From Trueperaceae bacterium (GTDB lineage Bacteria; Deinococcota; Deinococci; Deinococcales; Trueperaceae): a stretch of DNA of 64,000 nt. Where the stretch lies: the NCBI GenBank assembly GCA_965214405.1, contig OZ243956.1:2464001-2528000 (forward strand), written 5' to 3'. Of the stretch, positions 31,582 to 40,300 are shown in pieces; positions within the stretch are counted from its first letter, which is position 1, and the number at the start of each line of letters is the position of its first letter. The position numbers and the translations under genes are program-made. The notes below the pieces were generated by a model. That model searched no databases. It was not told where the DNA came from and saw only the letters and a program-made list of their open reading frames with translations.

Positions 31582-32208
31582 CTAACCGTGGGAGTTCTCC
31601 CACACAATCAGCGTCGCCCAATTATCCGAGGCGTCATCCTCCAAATAATTCTTCAGAAGCCCCCGCACCTCAAAACCGTTCTTGAGTTGAAAGCTTAAAG
31701 TCGGGTCAGAAAGTTCACCTGCGACGACCTTATCAACATAGTCGGGTACGCTCAGCTTACCTCTGTGCAGCGCGTAACCGGGCAGCACGCCGCCCGCGAC
31801 GATACCCTCGAGGCCCCGCTCCAAAATGAGTTTTTTACGCGCCTCGTAAAGCAGCTTGCCGATACCGCGCCCCCGATACTCCGGGTGAACGCTGATGTCG
31901 CCGCCGTAGTACCAGCGTCCGTTGGGGTCATGGTTCGTGTAGTACCCGCCCGCAATCATCTCTTTGAACGTATGGTTGGGATGGTCGAAGTCGAAATCGG
32001 TCAAGAATCCCGAGCCCAAACCGACGACGCGTTCACCCTCCTTGGTCACGTCCAGCGCCACGAAGTCGCCTTCGGGAAAGACGCGGTAGTGGCTCAGGAA
32101 ATGCTCTTCGCGCATGAGTTCGTGGGGGGCGAGGGTGGGGAAGCAGGTCTTTTGCAGCGCCTCCAAAGCTCGAGCATGGTGAGGCTCGAGGCTGACGAGT
32201 TTTATCAC
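31582..32208 (-). CDS. GNAT N-acyltransferase, paralog of 27816-28613
   Basis: FPEGDF, NHDPNGRWYYGGDISVHPEYRGRGIGKLLY and DPTLSFQLKNGF motifs. Confidence 0.88.
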   Translation of the reverse strand: MIKLVSLEPHHARALEALQKTCFPTLAPHELMREEHFLSHYRVFPEGDFVALDVTKEGERVVGLGSGFLTDFDFDHPNHTFKEMIAGGYYTNHDPNGRWYYGGDISVHPEYRGRGIGKLLYEARKKLILERGLEGIVAGGVLPGYALHRGKLSVPDYVDKVVAGELSDPTLSFQLKNGFEVRGLLKNYLEDDASDNWATLIVWENSHG

Positions 32209-32759
32209 AAAATGTCGGCGGGGTCTATCTCGAGACCGCCAAGCGCCGCGACGCTCAGCTTGCCGCCCCGTTTGACCTCTTCAACGCGTCCGTAAACGCC
32301 GTCCAGGGGGTCGCGGTGGACCAGGATGCGCTGAGCTTTCAAATCCACAATCCACACCTCAAGTACCCCCGCCTCGGCGTAACGGGGCAGCTTGACGGTG
32401 CGGTCAAAGAGCAGGGTCGAATCGGAAACTTCGATGACCAAGAGGGCATCCTGGGCGTTGGGAATGCGGTCTGCATAAAAATTGGGCCGGTATCTTAGAA
32501 CCATCAAGTCAGGGTAAACCTCGGACCGCTCCGACAGCCTGAGCGGGTTCTGGACGTCAACGAGAACTTTTTCGCTCAACCTGGCGAGCACGTGAGTCAG
32601 CTTCCGAACACAGGTTGCGTGTGGGATATCGATGGGGGACATTTCAACGATTTCTCCGTCGATAAGCTCGAGCCGGTCATCTTCAGTAAACACGCCCGCT
32701 CCAAGGATGGCGTGAAACTCTGTCACGCTGAAGCGCCTTCGTGAGAACCTTACAGTCAT
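32205..32759 (-). CDS. Uma2-family (DUF820) endonuclease-like protein
   Basis: ELIDGEIVEMSPI, PDLMVL and LVIEVSDSTL.FDRTVKLPRYAEAGVLEVWIVDL motifs. Confidence 0.92.
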   Translation of the reverse strand: MTVRFSRRRFSVTEFHAILGAGVFTEDDRLELIDGEIVEMSPIDIPHATCVRKLTHVLARLSEKVLVDVQNPLRLSERSEVYPDLMVLRYRPNFYADRIPNAQDALLVIEVSDSTLLFDRTVKLPRYAEAGVLEVWIVDLKAQRILVHRDPLDGVYGRVEEVKRGGKLSVAALGGLEIDPADIL

Positions 32760-32900
32760 ACGTCAATGTAGCAGAAACGCGTCCCTTTAGGCGTGGCTGA
32801 TAAAGCTTTGCTACCTGGAGCGAACGCCAAGCCACACCAAAAGTTTTGACGGGGCCAGATGTCAAAGCAGGCGCACCGTTTGCTCCAGGTTCAGTACAGC

Positions 32901-33992
32901 CTAAACCGTGAAGCGCTCATACGGGTTTTCCGACGGCAACCCCCACACCGCCCAAAAGTCACCCGTGGCGGGTCGCATGATGGCCGCGCCGCAGGTCTCG
33001 ATGTGTAAAGGCGGCTTGGAGGAGACGCAGACCGCTTCGGGGTCGCGGGTGAGCGCCTGCAAATCCTTTTCTGTGAGGTCATCTTTAGCGAGCAAATCGT
33101 AGCCTTTGCGAAGCCGGGCCTCGGAACTCTCTTGCGAGGCTGCCTCGCGTTTGCGCTCTACGGTGTGCGTGTTATCAAACAAACAGTGGTTGGTATGAAC
33201 GAGCGGGTCGCCCTCAAGCTCGGTCACGTAGGTCGCGGTCGGCATCGCCTCGACGCTGTAGCCCGTTCCTGACTTGTCCATCAGCAAATAGTTATGCGCG
33301 CCCGCGAGTTTGGCGGAGGTGATGCAGGCGAGGGCGTCTTTGGCGGTGGACTGCTCGAGCATCTTCCGCACCACGAACGGCCAGGTCACGCCAATTTGCC
33401 CGTCCGCGCCGCTCAGGTTGTTGACGCCCACCGCCACACCCTCGCTATTCATCCCCATCATGCCGACGCAGCCCACCGTCGTAAAGGCTAAAAAGGCGGG
33501 TTTACCCTCCGGCTCGCCGCGCAACATGACGACGTGCGGCGTGGCGGTGTCGTGCATGTCCCAGGTTTGCCCGCAGAAGCCCTTTTGGTTCGCCGCCCTC
33601 TCGCCGGGCACCAAAAAGGCGGTGCAGTTGTCCGCGCCCGCGTGAGCAGGGACGAGGGAGGGGGAGACCTTAGCGTTGTGTACCAAATCAATAAAGTCGG
33701 TAAACCCACCCACAATGATGAGTTCAGCCAAGCTCAAGCCCGTCGAGTCCCCCATGCCCCTAAGCTCCTCGACCAGATGCGGCGCGTAACGCTCGTGCTC
33801 CACCACACACGCGTCGGCCAGCTCGAGCACCTCCCCCTCAGAAAGCCCCTGCCCCGTCCACTTAGGGTCGCCGCTCAAGTGAACGCGCGCTCTCGCAAAG
33901 GCGACAATCGCTTCTTTATGCGCCGCGCCATGCTGAAAACCCATCTCAAAGGGCGAACCCGAAACTTTAAGCACGCGAATCTTCTTGGTCAT
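32901..33992 (-). CDS. C45-family Ntn-hydrolase (acyl-CoA:6-APA acyltransferase-like)
   Basis: GSPFEMGFQHG, EELRGM, autocleavage-type N-CTAF, GQTWD, GMNSEG and HTNH motifs. Confidence 0.88.
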   Translation of the reverse strand: MTKKIRVLKVSGSPFEMGFQHGAAHKEAIVAFARARVHLSGDPKWTGQGLSEGEVLELADACVVEHERYAPHLVEELRGMGDSTGLSLAELIIVGGFTDFIDLVHNAKVSPSLVPAHAGADNCTAFLVPGERAANQKGFCGQTWDMHDTATPHVVMLRGEPEGKPAFLAFTTVGCVGMMGMNSEGVAVGVNNLSGADGQIGVTWPFVVRKMLEQSTAKDALACITSAKLAGAHNYLLMDKSGTGYSVEAMPTATYVTELEGDPLVHTNHCLFDNTHTVERKREAASQESSEARLRKGYDLLAKDDLTEKDLQALTRDPEAVCVSSKPPLHIETCGAAIMRPATGDFWAVWGLPSENPYERFTV

Positions 33993-34039
33993 AGGGAGCA
34001 TTGTAAACCCTTTTCAAGGTTTGACAGAGAATACTCTCA

Positions 34040-34063
34040 ACTCGGTACTTGGTACTCGGTACT
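34040..34063. repeat. Intergenic heptamer tandem repeat (ACTCGGT x3)
   Basis: actcggt acttggt actcggt act downstream of potA. Confidence 0.65.
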
Positions 34064-34069
34064 TTCCTC

Positions 34070-35188
34070 TTACTCGAGCAGCGTCGCGTTCTCATTCCGC
34101 CACGACACCCACACCTTTTCACCCGGCTCGAGCATCGACCCAAAGCCGTGGTGCAGGTTCTGTACCCGCACGACCACGTCTACCGCGCTCCCCGACACCA
34201 CGCGGTAGCGCGTGCTGGTGCCGGTGTAGAGGGCTTCGGCGATCTCAGCCTCGAGCACCGTCACCCCGCTTGAAGGCGGCGGCGCGTCGTCGGGAGCGTG
34301 CAGCGCGATTTTTTCGGGACGCACCGCGACGCTGGCGCGTTCGCCAAGCTCTAGCGCGCCTCCCCCCAGCCGCCCCTCCAGGCGTCGCCCGTCGGAAAGC
34401 TCGAGCACCCCCACCTCCCCGTTTTTTCTCTCCAAGCGGCCCTCGATAAAGTTGGTTTCGCCAATAAAGTCCGCCACAAAACGGTTCGCGGGCGCTTCGT
34501 AGATTTCGTCGGCGCGGCCCACTTGTAGCGCGCGGCCCTCGCTCATCACGGCGATGCGGTCGGCCATCGTCAGCGCCTCTTCCTGGTCGTGCGTCACGAA
34601 CACAAAGGTGATGCCCACCTCGCGCTGCATGGTTTTGAGTTCCAACTGCATCGACTGGCGCAGCTTGAGGTCCAGCGCGCCCAGCGGCTCGTCGAGGAGC
34701 AACACGGCGGGTTTATTGACCAGCGCCCGCGCCAACGCGACGCGCTGGCGCTGCCCGCCGGAGAGCTGGTGCGGCTTGCGGGCTGCGGTGTGGGGAAGCT
34801 GGATGAGTTCCAACATCTCCATCGCCCGCTCCTTGGCGCTCCTTTTGGGCACTTTCGCCATGTTGAGGCCAAACATCACGTTTTGCAGCACGCTCATGTG
34901 CGGGAAGAGCGCGTAATCCTGAAACACGGTATTGACCGGGCGGTGAAAGGGTGGCACCCCCCCCACCGCCGCCCCCCGAATCAGCACCTCACCCGAGGTC
35001 GGCTGCTCGAAGCCCGCAATCACCCGCAGCGTCGTTGTCTTGCCACAGCCCGACGGCCCCAAAAGCGCGAAGAACTCGCCCTCGTCAATCCGCAAAGACA
35101 CGCGGTCGATGGCCCTCACCGCCTTGCCCCCCTTGGGGTCGCGGAACTCTTTGGTAAGCTCGAGCAGCTCAACAGCAGGCGCAGACAT
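34070..35188 (-). CDS. potA: Polyamine ABC ATPase
   Basis: GPSGCGKTT, RPVNTVFQDYALFPH, LSGGQRQR and DEPLGALDLKLR motifs; TOBE-like tail. Confidence 0.92.
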   Translation of the reverse strand: MSAPAVELLELTKEFRDPKGGKAVRAIDRVSLRIDEGEFFALLGPSGCGKTTTLRVIAGFEQPTSGEVLIRGAAVGGVPPFHRPVNTVFQDYALFPHMSVLQNVMFGLNMAKVPKRSAKERAMEMLELIQLPHTAARKPHQLSGGQRQRVALARALVNKPAVLLLDEPLGALDLKLRQSMQLELKTMQREVGITFVFVTHDQEEALTMADRIAVMSEGRALQVGRADEIYEAPANRFVADFIGETNFIEGRLERKNGEVGVLELSDGRRLEGRLGGGALELGERASVAVRPEKIALHAPDDAPPPSSGVTVLEAEIAEALYTGTSTRYRVVSGSAVDVVVRVQNLHHGFGSMLEPGEKVWVSWRNENATLLE

Positions 35189-35220
35189 AAGCAAGTATAC
35201 GGCAGTCCGTCGTTAGTAAG

Positions 35221-35294
35221 CAGCGTCCGTTAGCCTTACACTACGGACGCTGACTACCAACTAACCACTAATCACTCACCCCTACCCACTGCCC
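35221..35294. repeat. Stem-loop plus heptamer tandem repeat between potD and potA
   Basis: CAGCGTCCGT..ACGGACGCTG hairpin, then actacca actaacc actaatc actcacc cctaccc actgccc. Confidence 0.65.
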
Positions 35295-36374
35295 CTACTG
35301 TCCCACAAAAATCCGCAACTCATCCCACGCGTCGTTGTAAAGCTTTGCCCGTTCGGGATCTTGCGCGACGAAAAAGAGGCGCGCCTGGGTCTCCTCGCTC
35401 GGGTAGATGCCGGGGTCGCTGGCGAGCTCGGGGTCAATGAGCCCTTCGTCCAACGCGACCCGGTTTGGGGTGCCGTACGCCGTGTAGTTCGAGATGTCGG
35501 CAGAGACCTGTGGGTCCAAAAGGTAGTCGATGAACGTTTCGGCCAATGCTTTGTTGGGCGCACCTGTGGGCACGACGAGCGTGTCGACCCAGAAGAGCGT
35601 GCCCTCCTCGGGAATCACGTAGGCGTAGGTGTCGCAGTCGCATTCGTCAATAATCTGAAAAATGTCACCTGAATACTCGACGACGATGTCCGCCTCGCCG
35701 CGCACCAGGACCTCTTGCCCGTCGTCCTGGTTGATGTAAACGACGTTGCTGCCGTTCTCGATGAGGTAATCCTTGGCCTCCGTAATCTCTTCGGGGTTGC
35801 TGCTGTTGGGGTCGAGGCCGAGCTTGAGGAGCCCCACGCCCATCATGCCGCGAATGTCTTCCAGCCAACTGACGGGTCCGTCGTAGGCGAACACGTCGTC
35901 CCAGGAGGTCACGCCGCCCTCGACCGTCTCGGTGTTGTAGCCGATGCCCATCGTGCCCCACTGATAGGGCGCGCTGTAGGTGTTGTCAGGGTCGAAGGGT
36001 AGCCCGGTAAAGGTGTCGGAAAGATTGGCGAAGTTGGGGATGTTTTCTAGGTTTAGGGGTTCGACCAAATCTTCGGCAATCATGAGCGAAAGCACCGTGG
36101 AACTCGGCACGACGAGGTCGTAACCGGGGTTGCCCTGGCGGATTTTGGCGAGCATGTCGTCGTCGGTCGGAAAGGTGTCGTAAAGCACGGTGACGCCGCA
36201 AAGTTCTTCAAAGTTGGGGATGGTGTCTTCGGCAATGTATGTTGTCCAGTTGTAAACGCTGAGCTGCTGCCCTTCAAAACCCTCCGGGCAGGTCCATGAG
36301 GTTGCCTGAGCCGCGTCCTGAGCAAACGCGCTTCCCAACAGTCCTATGAGCAAACATCCAATGAGTCGTTTCAT
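35295..36374 (-). CDS. potD: Spermidine/putrescine-binding protein
   Basis: Signal peptide; YNWTTYI, GYDLVVPS, PYQWGT and PEEGTLFWVD motifs. Confidence 0.9.
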   Translation of the reverse strand: MKRLIGCLLIGLLGSAFAQDAAQATSWTCPEGFEGQQLSVYNWTTYIAEDTIPNFEELCGVTVLYDTFPTDDDMLAKIRQGNPGYDLVVPSSTVLSLMIAEDLVEPLNLENIPNFANLSDTFTGLPFDPDNTYSAPYQWGTMGIGYNTETVEGGVTSWDDVFAYDGPVSWLEDIRGMMGVGLLKLGLDPNSSNPEEITEAKDYLIENGSNVVYINQDDGQEVLVRGEADIVVEYSGDIFQIIDECDCDTYAYVIPEEGTLFWVDTLVVPTGAPNKALAETFIDYLLDPQVSADISNYTAYGTPNRVALDEGLIDPELASDPGIYPSEETQARLFFVAQDPERAKLYNDAWDELRIFVGQ

Positions 36375-36551
36375 TTTTACCTCCTCTTGTAAATCTGATA
36401 TAAATTCGAGAATCAGTATAAAAATTGTAACACAAAGCCACTAAGCCTCTCCAGCGCTCAGCTTGTCACACCTAAAATCATCATTGAGTGAATTTAGCAG
36501 TCACGACTCCGCAAAATCTGTGAAGACCAAGATATGGCGTTAAGATAGGGC

Positions 36552-37439
36552 ATGATTCGGCACGCAGTGCTTCAGTTCAAACCGCACAAAGCGCTTCTAA
36601 AACACAATTTGGAAAAGCTCGAGCACATCCTCACGCAACTCAAAAACGAGGATGTAGACGTCATCACGCTGCCCGAGGCGTCGTTGTCGGGCTACTTTTT
36701 GCAGGCCGGGGTGCGCGAGCAGGCGCTTGAAGCGGGGGAGCTTTATGCGCTCCTGGGGGAGGTGTTGGCGCGGGTGGACTGGCTCGAGCCCGTAGACATT
36801 TGCCTGGGGGCTTACGAACGCTTCAACGACGACTTCTTTAACAGCGCTTTTTACTTTGAATACAACACGCCCACCACGGGCGTCCGGCACGTTCACCGCA
36901 AGATGTTTTTGCCCACCTACGGCGTTTTTGACGAAGAGCGTTACGTGTCGCAGGGGCACGCGCTCTCAGCGTTCGACACGCGTTTTGGCCGCGCCGGGAT
37001 GCTCATTTGCGAGGACGCGTGGCACTCGAGCACCGCCGCCGTGCTTGCGTTAAAGGGCGCGAGCATCCTCTACATCCCCAACGCCTCGCCCGCGCGCGAG
37101 ATGCAAGGCCCGGTGCCCGGCAACGCCGAACGCTGGCGCGCGACAGCCAGGGGTGTCGCCGCCGAGCACGGGGTGTACGTGGTGACGACCTCATTAGTGG
37201 GTTTCGAGGGCGGCAAGGGCTTTGTGGGTTTTTCCAACGTCGTGGACCCCTACGGCGAGGTGACGGCGCAAGCGGCGCTTTTTGACGAGCAGATTTTGCT
37301 CACCGATTTGCATTTGGAGAGCATTCAGGTGGCCCGCTACGAAACGCCGCTTTTGTCGGATTTGCGCGCCAACCTCCCCGAACTCATCCGCGCGTTTGAA
37401 GAGGCTTCGGAGAGGTTAGAAGAGAAGGTGAGCGTGTGA
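36552..37439 (+). CDS. Carbon-nitrogen hydrolase, probable glutaminase subunit of NAD synthetase
   Basis: E-K-C triad motifs LPEA, HRKMFLPTYGVFDEERY and LICEDAWH; overlaps nadE by GTGA. Confidence 0.85.
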   Translation: MIRHAVLQFKPHKALLKHNLEKLEHILTQLKNEDVDVITLPEASLSGYFLQAGVREQALEAGELYALLGEVLARVDWLEPVDICLGAYERFNDDFFNSAFYFEYNTPTTGVRHVHRKMFLPTYGVFDEERYVSQGHALSAFDTRFGRAGMLICEDAWHSSTAAVLALKGASILYIPNASPAREMQGPVPGNAERWRATARGVAAEHGVYVVTTSLVGFEGGKGFVGFSNVVDPYGEVTAQAALFDEQILLTDLHLESIQVARYETPLLSDLRANLPELIRAFEEASERLEEKVSV

Positions 37440-38317
37440 CCGACACCAAGACCAAACCCGCTCAGCAAGGCGTCCCCATCATCCGGAGTGAGGGGCGGCC
37501 TCAGAAGATTCTGGACTTAAACCTGGAGATGGTGACAGATTTTTTGGTGGCTTTTTTGCGTGACGAGGTAGGGCGCAAGGGTTTTGAGCGGGTCATCGTT
37601 CCCCTCTCAGGCGGCATCGACAGCGCCACTACGGCCTATTTGGCGGCTCGAGCCTTTGGCGGGGCGAACGTCCACGCGCTGCGCCTGCCCTACAGGACGT
37701 CGGATTCGGCGTCGCTCGAGCACGCTAAGCTCATTATCGACGCGCTCAACCTCTCCCACGAAACCATCGACATTTCAGACGCCGTGGACGGGTACGCCGA
37801 CAAGGTCCCGACGATGACCCCGCACCGCAAGGGCAACATCATGGCGAGGGAGAGGATGATTATCGCGTTTGACAAGGGATTGGAGTATAGCGCCATTCAC
37901 TTAGGCACCGGCAACAAGACCGAGCGGCTTTTCGGCTACTACACCTGGCACGACGTGGCCGACACCGGCCCCGTCAACCCGATGGGCGACCTTTTCAAAA
38001 CGCAGGTCAAGGCGTTAGCGAGACATTTGGGCGTTCCTGAAACGATTGTCGGCAAGCCGCCCAGCGCCGACCTGGTGCCGGGGCAGTCCGACGAAAGCGA
38101 TTTGGGCATCACCTATGAGCGCGCTGATATTATTTTGGCGCATCATTTGGCGGGTTATGAGGACGCTTACGTTTGCGATCTGGGTTTTAGCCAAGACGAA
38201 ATCGACCTGGTCAAGCGCAAGGTTGCCAGAACGCATTGGAAGCGCGAGCTGCCCATCAATGCGGTGGTGTCGGCCACGGCCATTAACGAGTTTTATTTAC
38301 GGCCTGTGGATTATTAG
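37436..38317 (+). CDS. nadE: NAD+ synthetase
   Basis: LSGGIDSA, GNIMARERM, GTGNKTE, DLFKTQV and KPPSADL motifs. Confidence 0.95.
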   Translation: MTDTKTKPAQQGVPIIRSEGRPQKILDLNLEMVTDFLVAFLRDEVGRKGFERVIVPLSGGIDSATTAYLAARAFGGANVHALRLPYRTSDSASLEHAKLIIDALNLSHETIDISDAVDGYADKVPTMTPHRKGNIMARERMIIAFDKGLEYSAIHLGTGNKTERLFGYYTWHDVADTGPVNPMGDLFKTQVKALARHLGVPETIVGKPPSADLVPGQSDESDLGITYERADIILAHHLAGYEDAYVCDLGFSQDEIDLVKRKVARTHWKRELPINAVVSATAINEFYLRPVDY

Positions 38318-38323
38318 AAGCTT

Positions 38324-38710
38324 ATGGCGCAACCCGCACCCCAGCCTGACGTCCAAGGCTTCATCGCCTTTTACCCCTGCCACGACCTAACCGCGACGAC
38401 CGACTTTTATGTACGGGAACTTGGGTTGGAGGTGGCTCGAGACCAAAGCACCTGCGTCATCTTTAGAGTAGCGCGCGAGGCCTTTTTGGGTTTTTGCCAA
38501 GCCGAAGGAACCTTGCCGCAGCACCAAAGCCTTATCTTGACGCTGCTCATTGACGAGGTGGACGAGGTTTATAAGCGCTTGCGCGGGCTCGGGGTGGAGA
38601 CGGAAGGCGCGCCCAAGCTGAATGAGCGCTTTGGCATCTACCACTTTTTCGCCCGCGACCCGGACGGCTACCGCGTTGAGGTGCAGAGGTTTGTGGAGCC
38701 TCTGACCTAA
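38324..38710 (+). CDS. VOC/glyoxalase-family protein
   Basis: FYVRELGL and FFARDPDGYRVEVQ motifs. Confidence 0.88.
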   Translation: MAQPAPQPDVQGFIAFYPCHDLTATTDFYVRELGLEVARDQSTCVIFRVAREAFLGFCQAEGTLPQHQSLILTLLIDEVDEVYKRLRGLGVETEGAPKLNERFGIYHFFARDPDGYRVEVQRFVEPLT

Positions 38711-38734
38711 CGCGGTAGAGCGTCCCAACGAGAA

Positions 38735-39475
38735 CTAATTCGCGTGCTCGAGCCCATTCTCAACAGCCAAGATTTCTACGTCGCCTATATTCTGCGCCTC
38801 TACGTTTAAGGGAGCAGTTTCAGGCGCGGGGGCCACGGTCACAGTGTCTTTTGTTTCCAGCCCTGACGTATCCTGGCCTCTACGCTTGAACAAGTAAACA
38901 CCCCCGCCGATGAGTGCCGCGGGGAGCAGCCAACCGTTGGTAAAACTCGCTCCAAGGAGCGCCACAGCCACCGCAGCGATGGCGGGATAGACCGCCCAAG
39001 TCTTGCCGCCTTCGGGCAGTTTGTAGAGGTAAGCAAACGTCGCGGCGAGGCCGAAGAATAAAACGGGGCCTCCGTCAATGCGCGGCGCGATTTCACCCAG
39101 ACCCGCCACGGCTGCCAAGGAAAAGAGAGCGCCCGCAGGGAGGACCGCCCACCACCCCTTGCGGTCGATGTACGCCACCGCGAAACCGCCACCCAGAAGC
39201 GCCAAAAACTGCGCACCCGCCAGCGTGGGCGAGAGCGCCGCCGCCGCCGTGCCAAAGAGCGCGAAGCCGAACACGAGCGGGACCACGGCCCACGCGCGTT
39301 CGCGGTTTTTTATGTACACCCGGCTCAGGTAGCCGCCGCCCGCCGCCAGGACCGCCGCGAAAACCAAGCCGGGCAGGTTGAGAACGCCGATGTTCGCCAG
39401 CAGCACAAAGCCGCCCAACACCATCAGAAGCACGCCGAGGTTGAAGTTCCGTTTGTCAGCCGTATCGTCCGTCAT
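38735..39475 (-). CDS. Multi-pass membrane protein, divergent from the two-component system
   Basis: About eight hydrophobic segments; RBS AGGAGG; paralogous to 41862-42464. Confidence 0.8.
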   Translation of the reverse strand: MTDDTADKRNFNLGVLLMVLGGFVLLANIGVLNLPGLVFAAVLAAGGGYLSRVYIKNRERAWAVVPLVFGFALFGTAAAALSPTLAGAQFLALLGGGFAVAYIDRKGWWAVLPAGALFSLAAVAGLGEIAPRIDGGPVLFFGLAATFAYLYKLPEGGKTWAVYPAIAAVAVALLGASFTNGWLLPAALIGGGVYLFKRRGQDTSGLETKDTVTVAPAPETAPLNVEAQNIGDVEILAVENGLEHAN

Positions 39476-39536
39476 AAAAGCCTCCTTTGTTTCAGCTTAG
39501 ACAGTTTCAGCTTAGGCGAGGGTGGAGGCGCGCGCC

Positions 39537-39576
39537 TCCGCGAAAAGGTGGACGCGCCTCTCCACCTTTCGGGTGA
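39537..39576. promoter_or_regulatory. Pair of 16-bp boxes, candidate response-regulator sites
   Basis: TCCGCGAAAAGGTGGA and TCCACCTTTCGGGTGA arranged as an imperfect inverted pair. Confidence 0.5.
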
Positions 39577-39628
39577 GGCGCGCCCCCAAAGAAGCCGCGT
39601 ACACTGCCTTGTGAGGGTACTCTAAATC

Positions 39629-40297
39629 ATGAACCAAGCCGCGACCCAAGCCTCAACCCAGCCCGCCCCCATCCGCCTGCTTTTGGTTGATGACCACACC
39701 GTGGTGCGCCAGGGCCTCAAGATGGTCCTGTCACTAGAGCCCGACCTTTTGGTCGTCGGCGAGGCCGCCAACGGTCAGGAGGCGGTCACGCAGGTGCCAA
39801 CCTTAAAGCCCGACGTGGTCTTGATGGACCTCCTTATGCCCGTGATGGACGGCGTGAAGGCGATTCGTGAGATTAAGAAGGGGTACCCGGACGTCGAGGT
39901 GGTGGCGCTGACGAGCGTGCTCGAGGACCGCTTAGTCATCGACGCCGTCGAGGCGGGCGCGGCAGGATACTTGCTCAAAGAAACCGGACCCGAGGGGCTT
40001 ATCGACGCCGTACGCGCCGCCGCGCGCGGCGAAGTTCGGCTCGACCCCAAGGCGCAGAAGCGGCTCGTCAGGGAGGTGCGCACGCCCGAGATGCGCGAGT
40101 CTCTGACCCCGCGCGAAACGGACACGTTGCGACTCGTGGCGAAGGGGCTGACCAATAAAGACATTGCCGACGCGCTCGAGGTGTCAGAAGTCACGGTCAA
40201 GACGCACGTCTCGAGCGTGCTCTCCAAGCTGGGGCTCTCGAGCCGCACGCAAGCGGCCCTGTTTGCGCTTAAAGAGGGACTGGTGGGGCTAGATTAA
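39629..40297 (+). CDS. NarL/LiaR-family response regulator
   Basis: VDDHTVVRQG, DVVLMDLLMP and LuxR HTH (LTPRE...TVKTHVSSVLSKLG). Confidence 0.95.
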   Translation: MNQAATQASTQPAPIRLLLVDDHTVVRQGLKMVLSLEPDLLVVGEAANGQEAVTQVPTLKPDVVLMDLLMPVMDGVKAIREIKKGYPDVEVVALTSVLEDRLVIDAVEAGAAGYLLKETGPEGLIDAVRAAARGEVRLDPKAQKRLVREVRTPEMRESLTPRETDTLRLVAKGLTNKDIADALEVSEVTVKTHVSSVLSKLGLSSRTQAALFALKEGLVGLD

Positions 40298-40300
40298 GCC

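Noticed and set aside
32205..32759. Uma2 protein as the nuclease behind CTCGAG enrichment or as a defence system
   Set aside because: Uma2 genes are common multicopy solitary genes; there is no linked methylase or specificity evidence.
32901..33992. Beta-lactam biosynthesis implied by the C45 family name
   Set aside because: No NRPS or IPNS genes; the context is amine uptake and catabolism.
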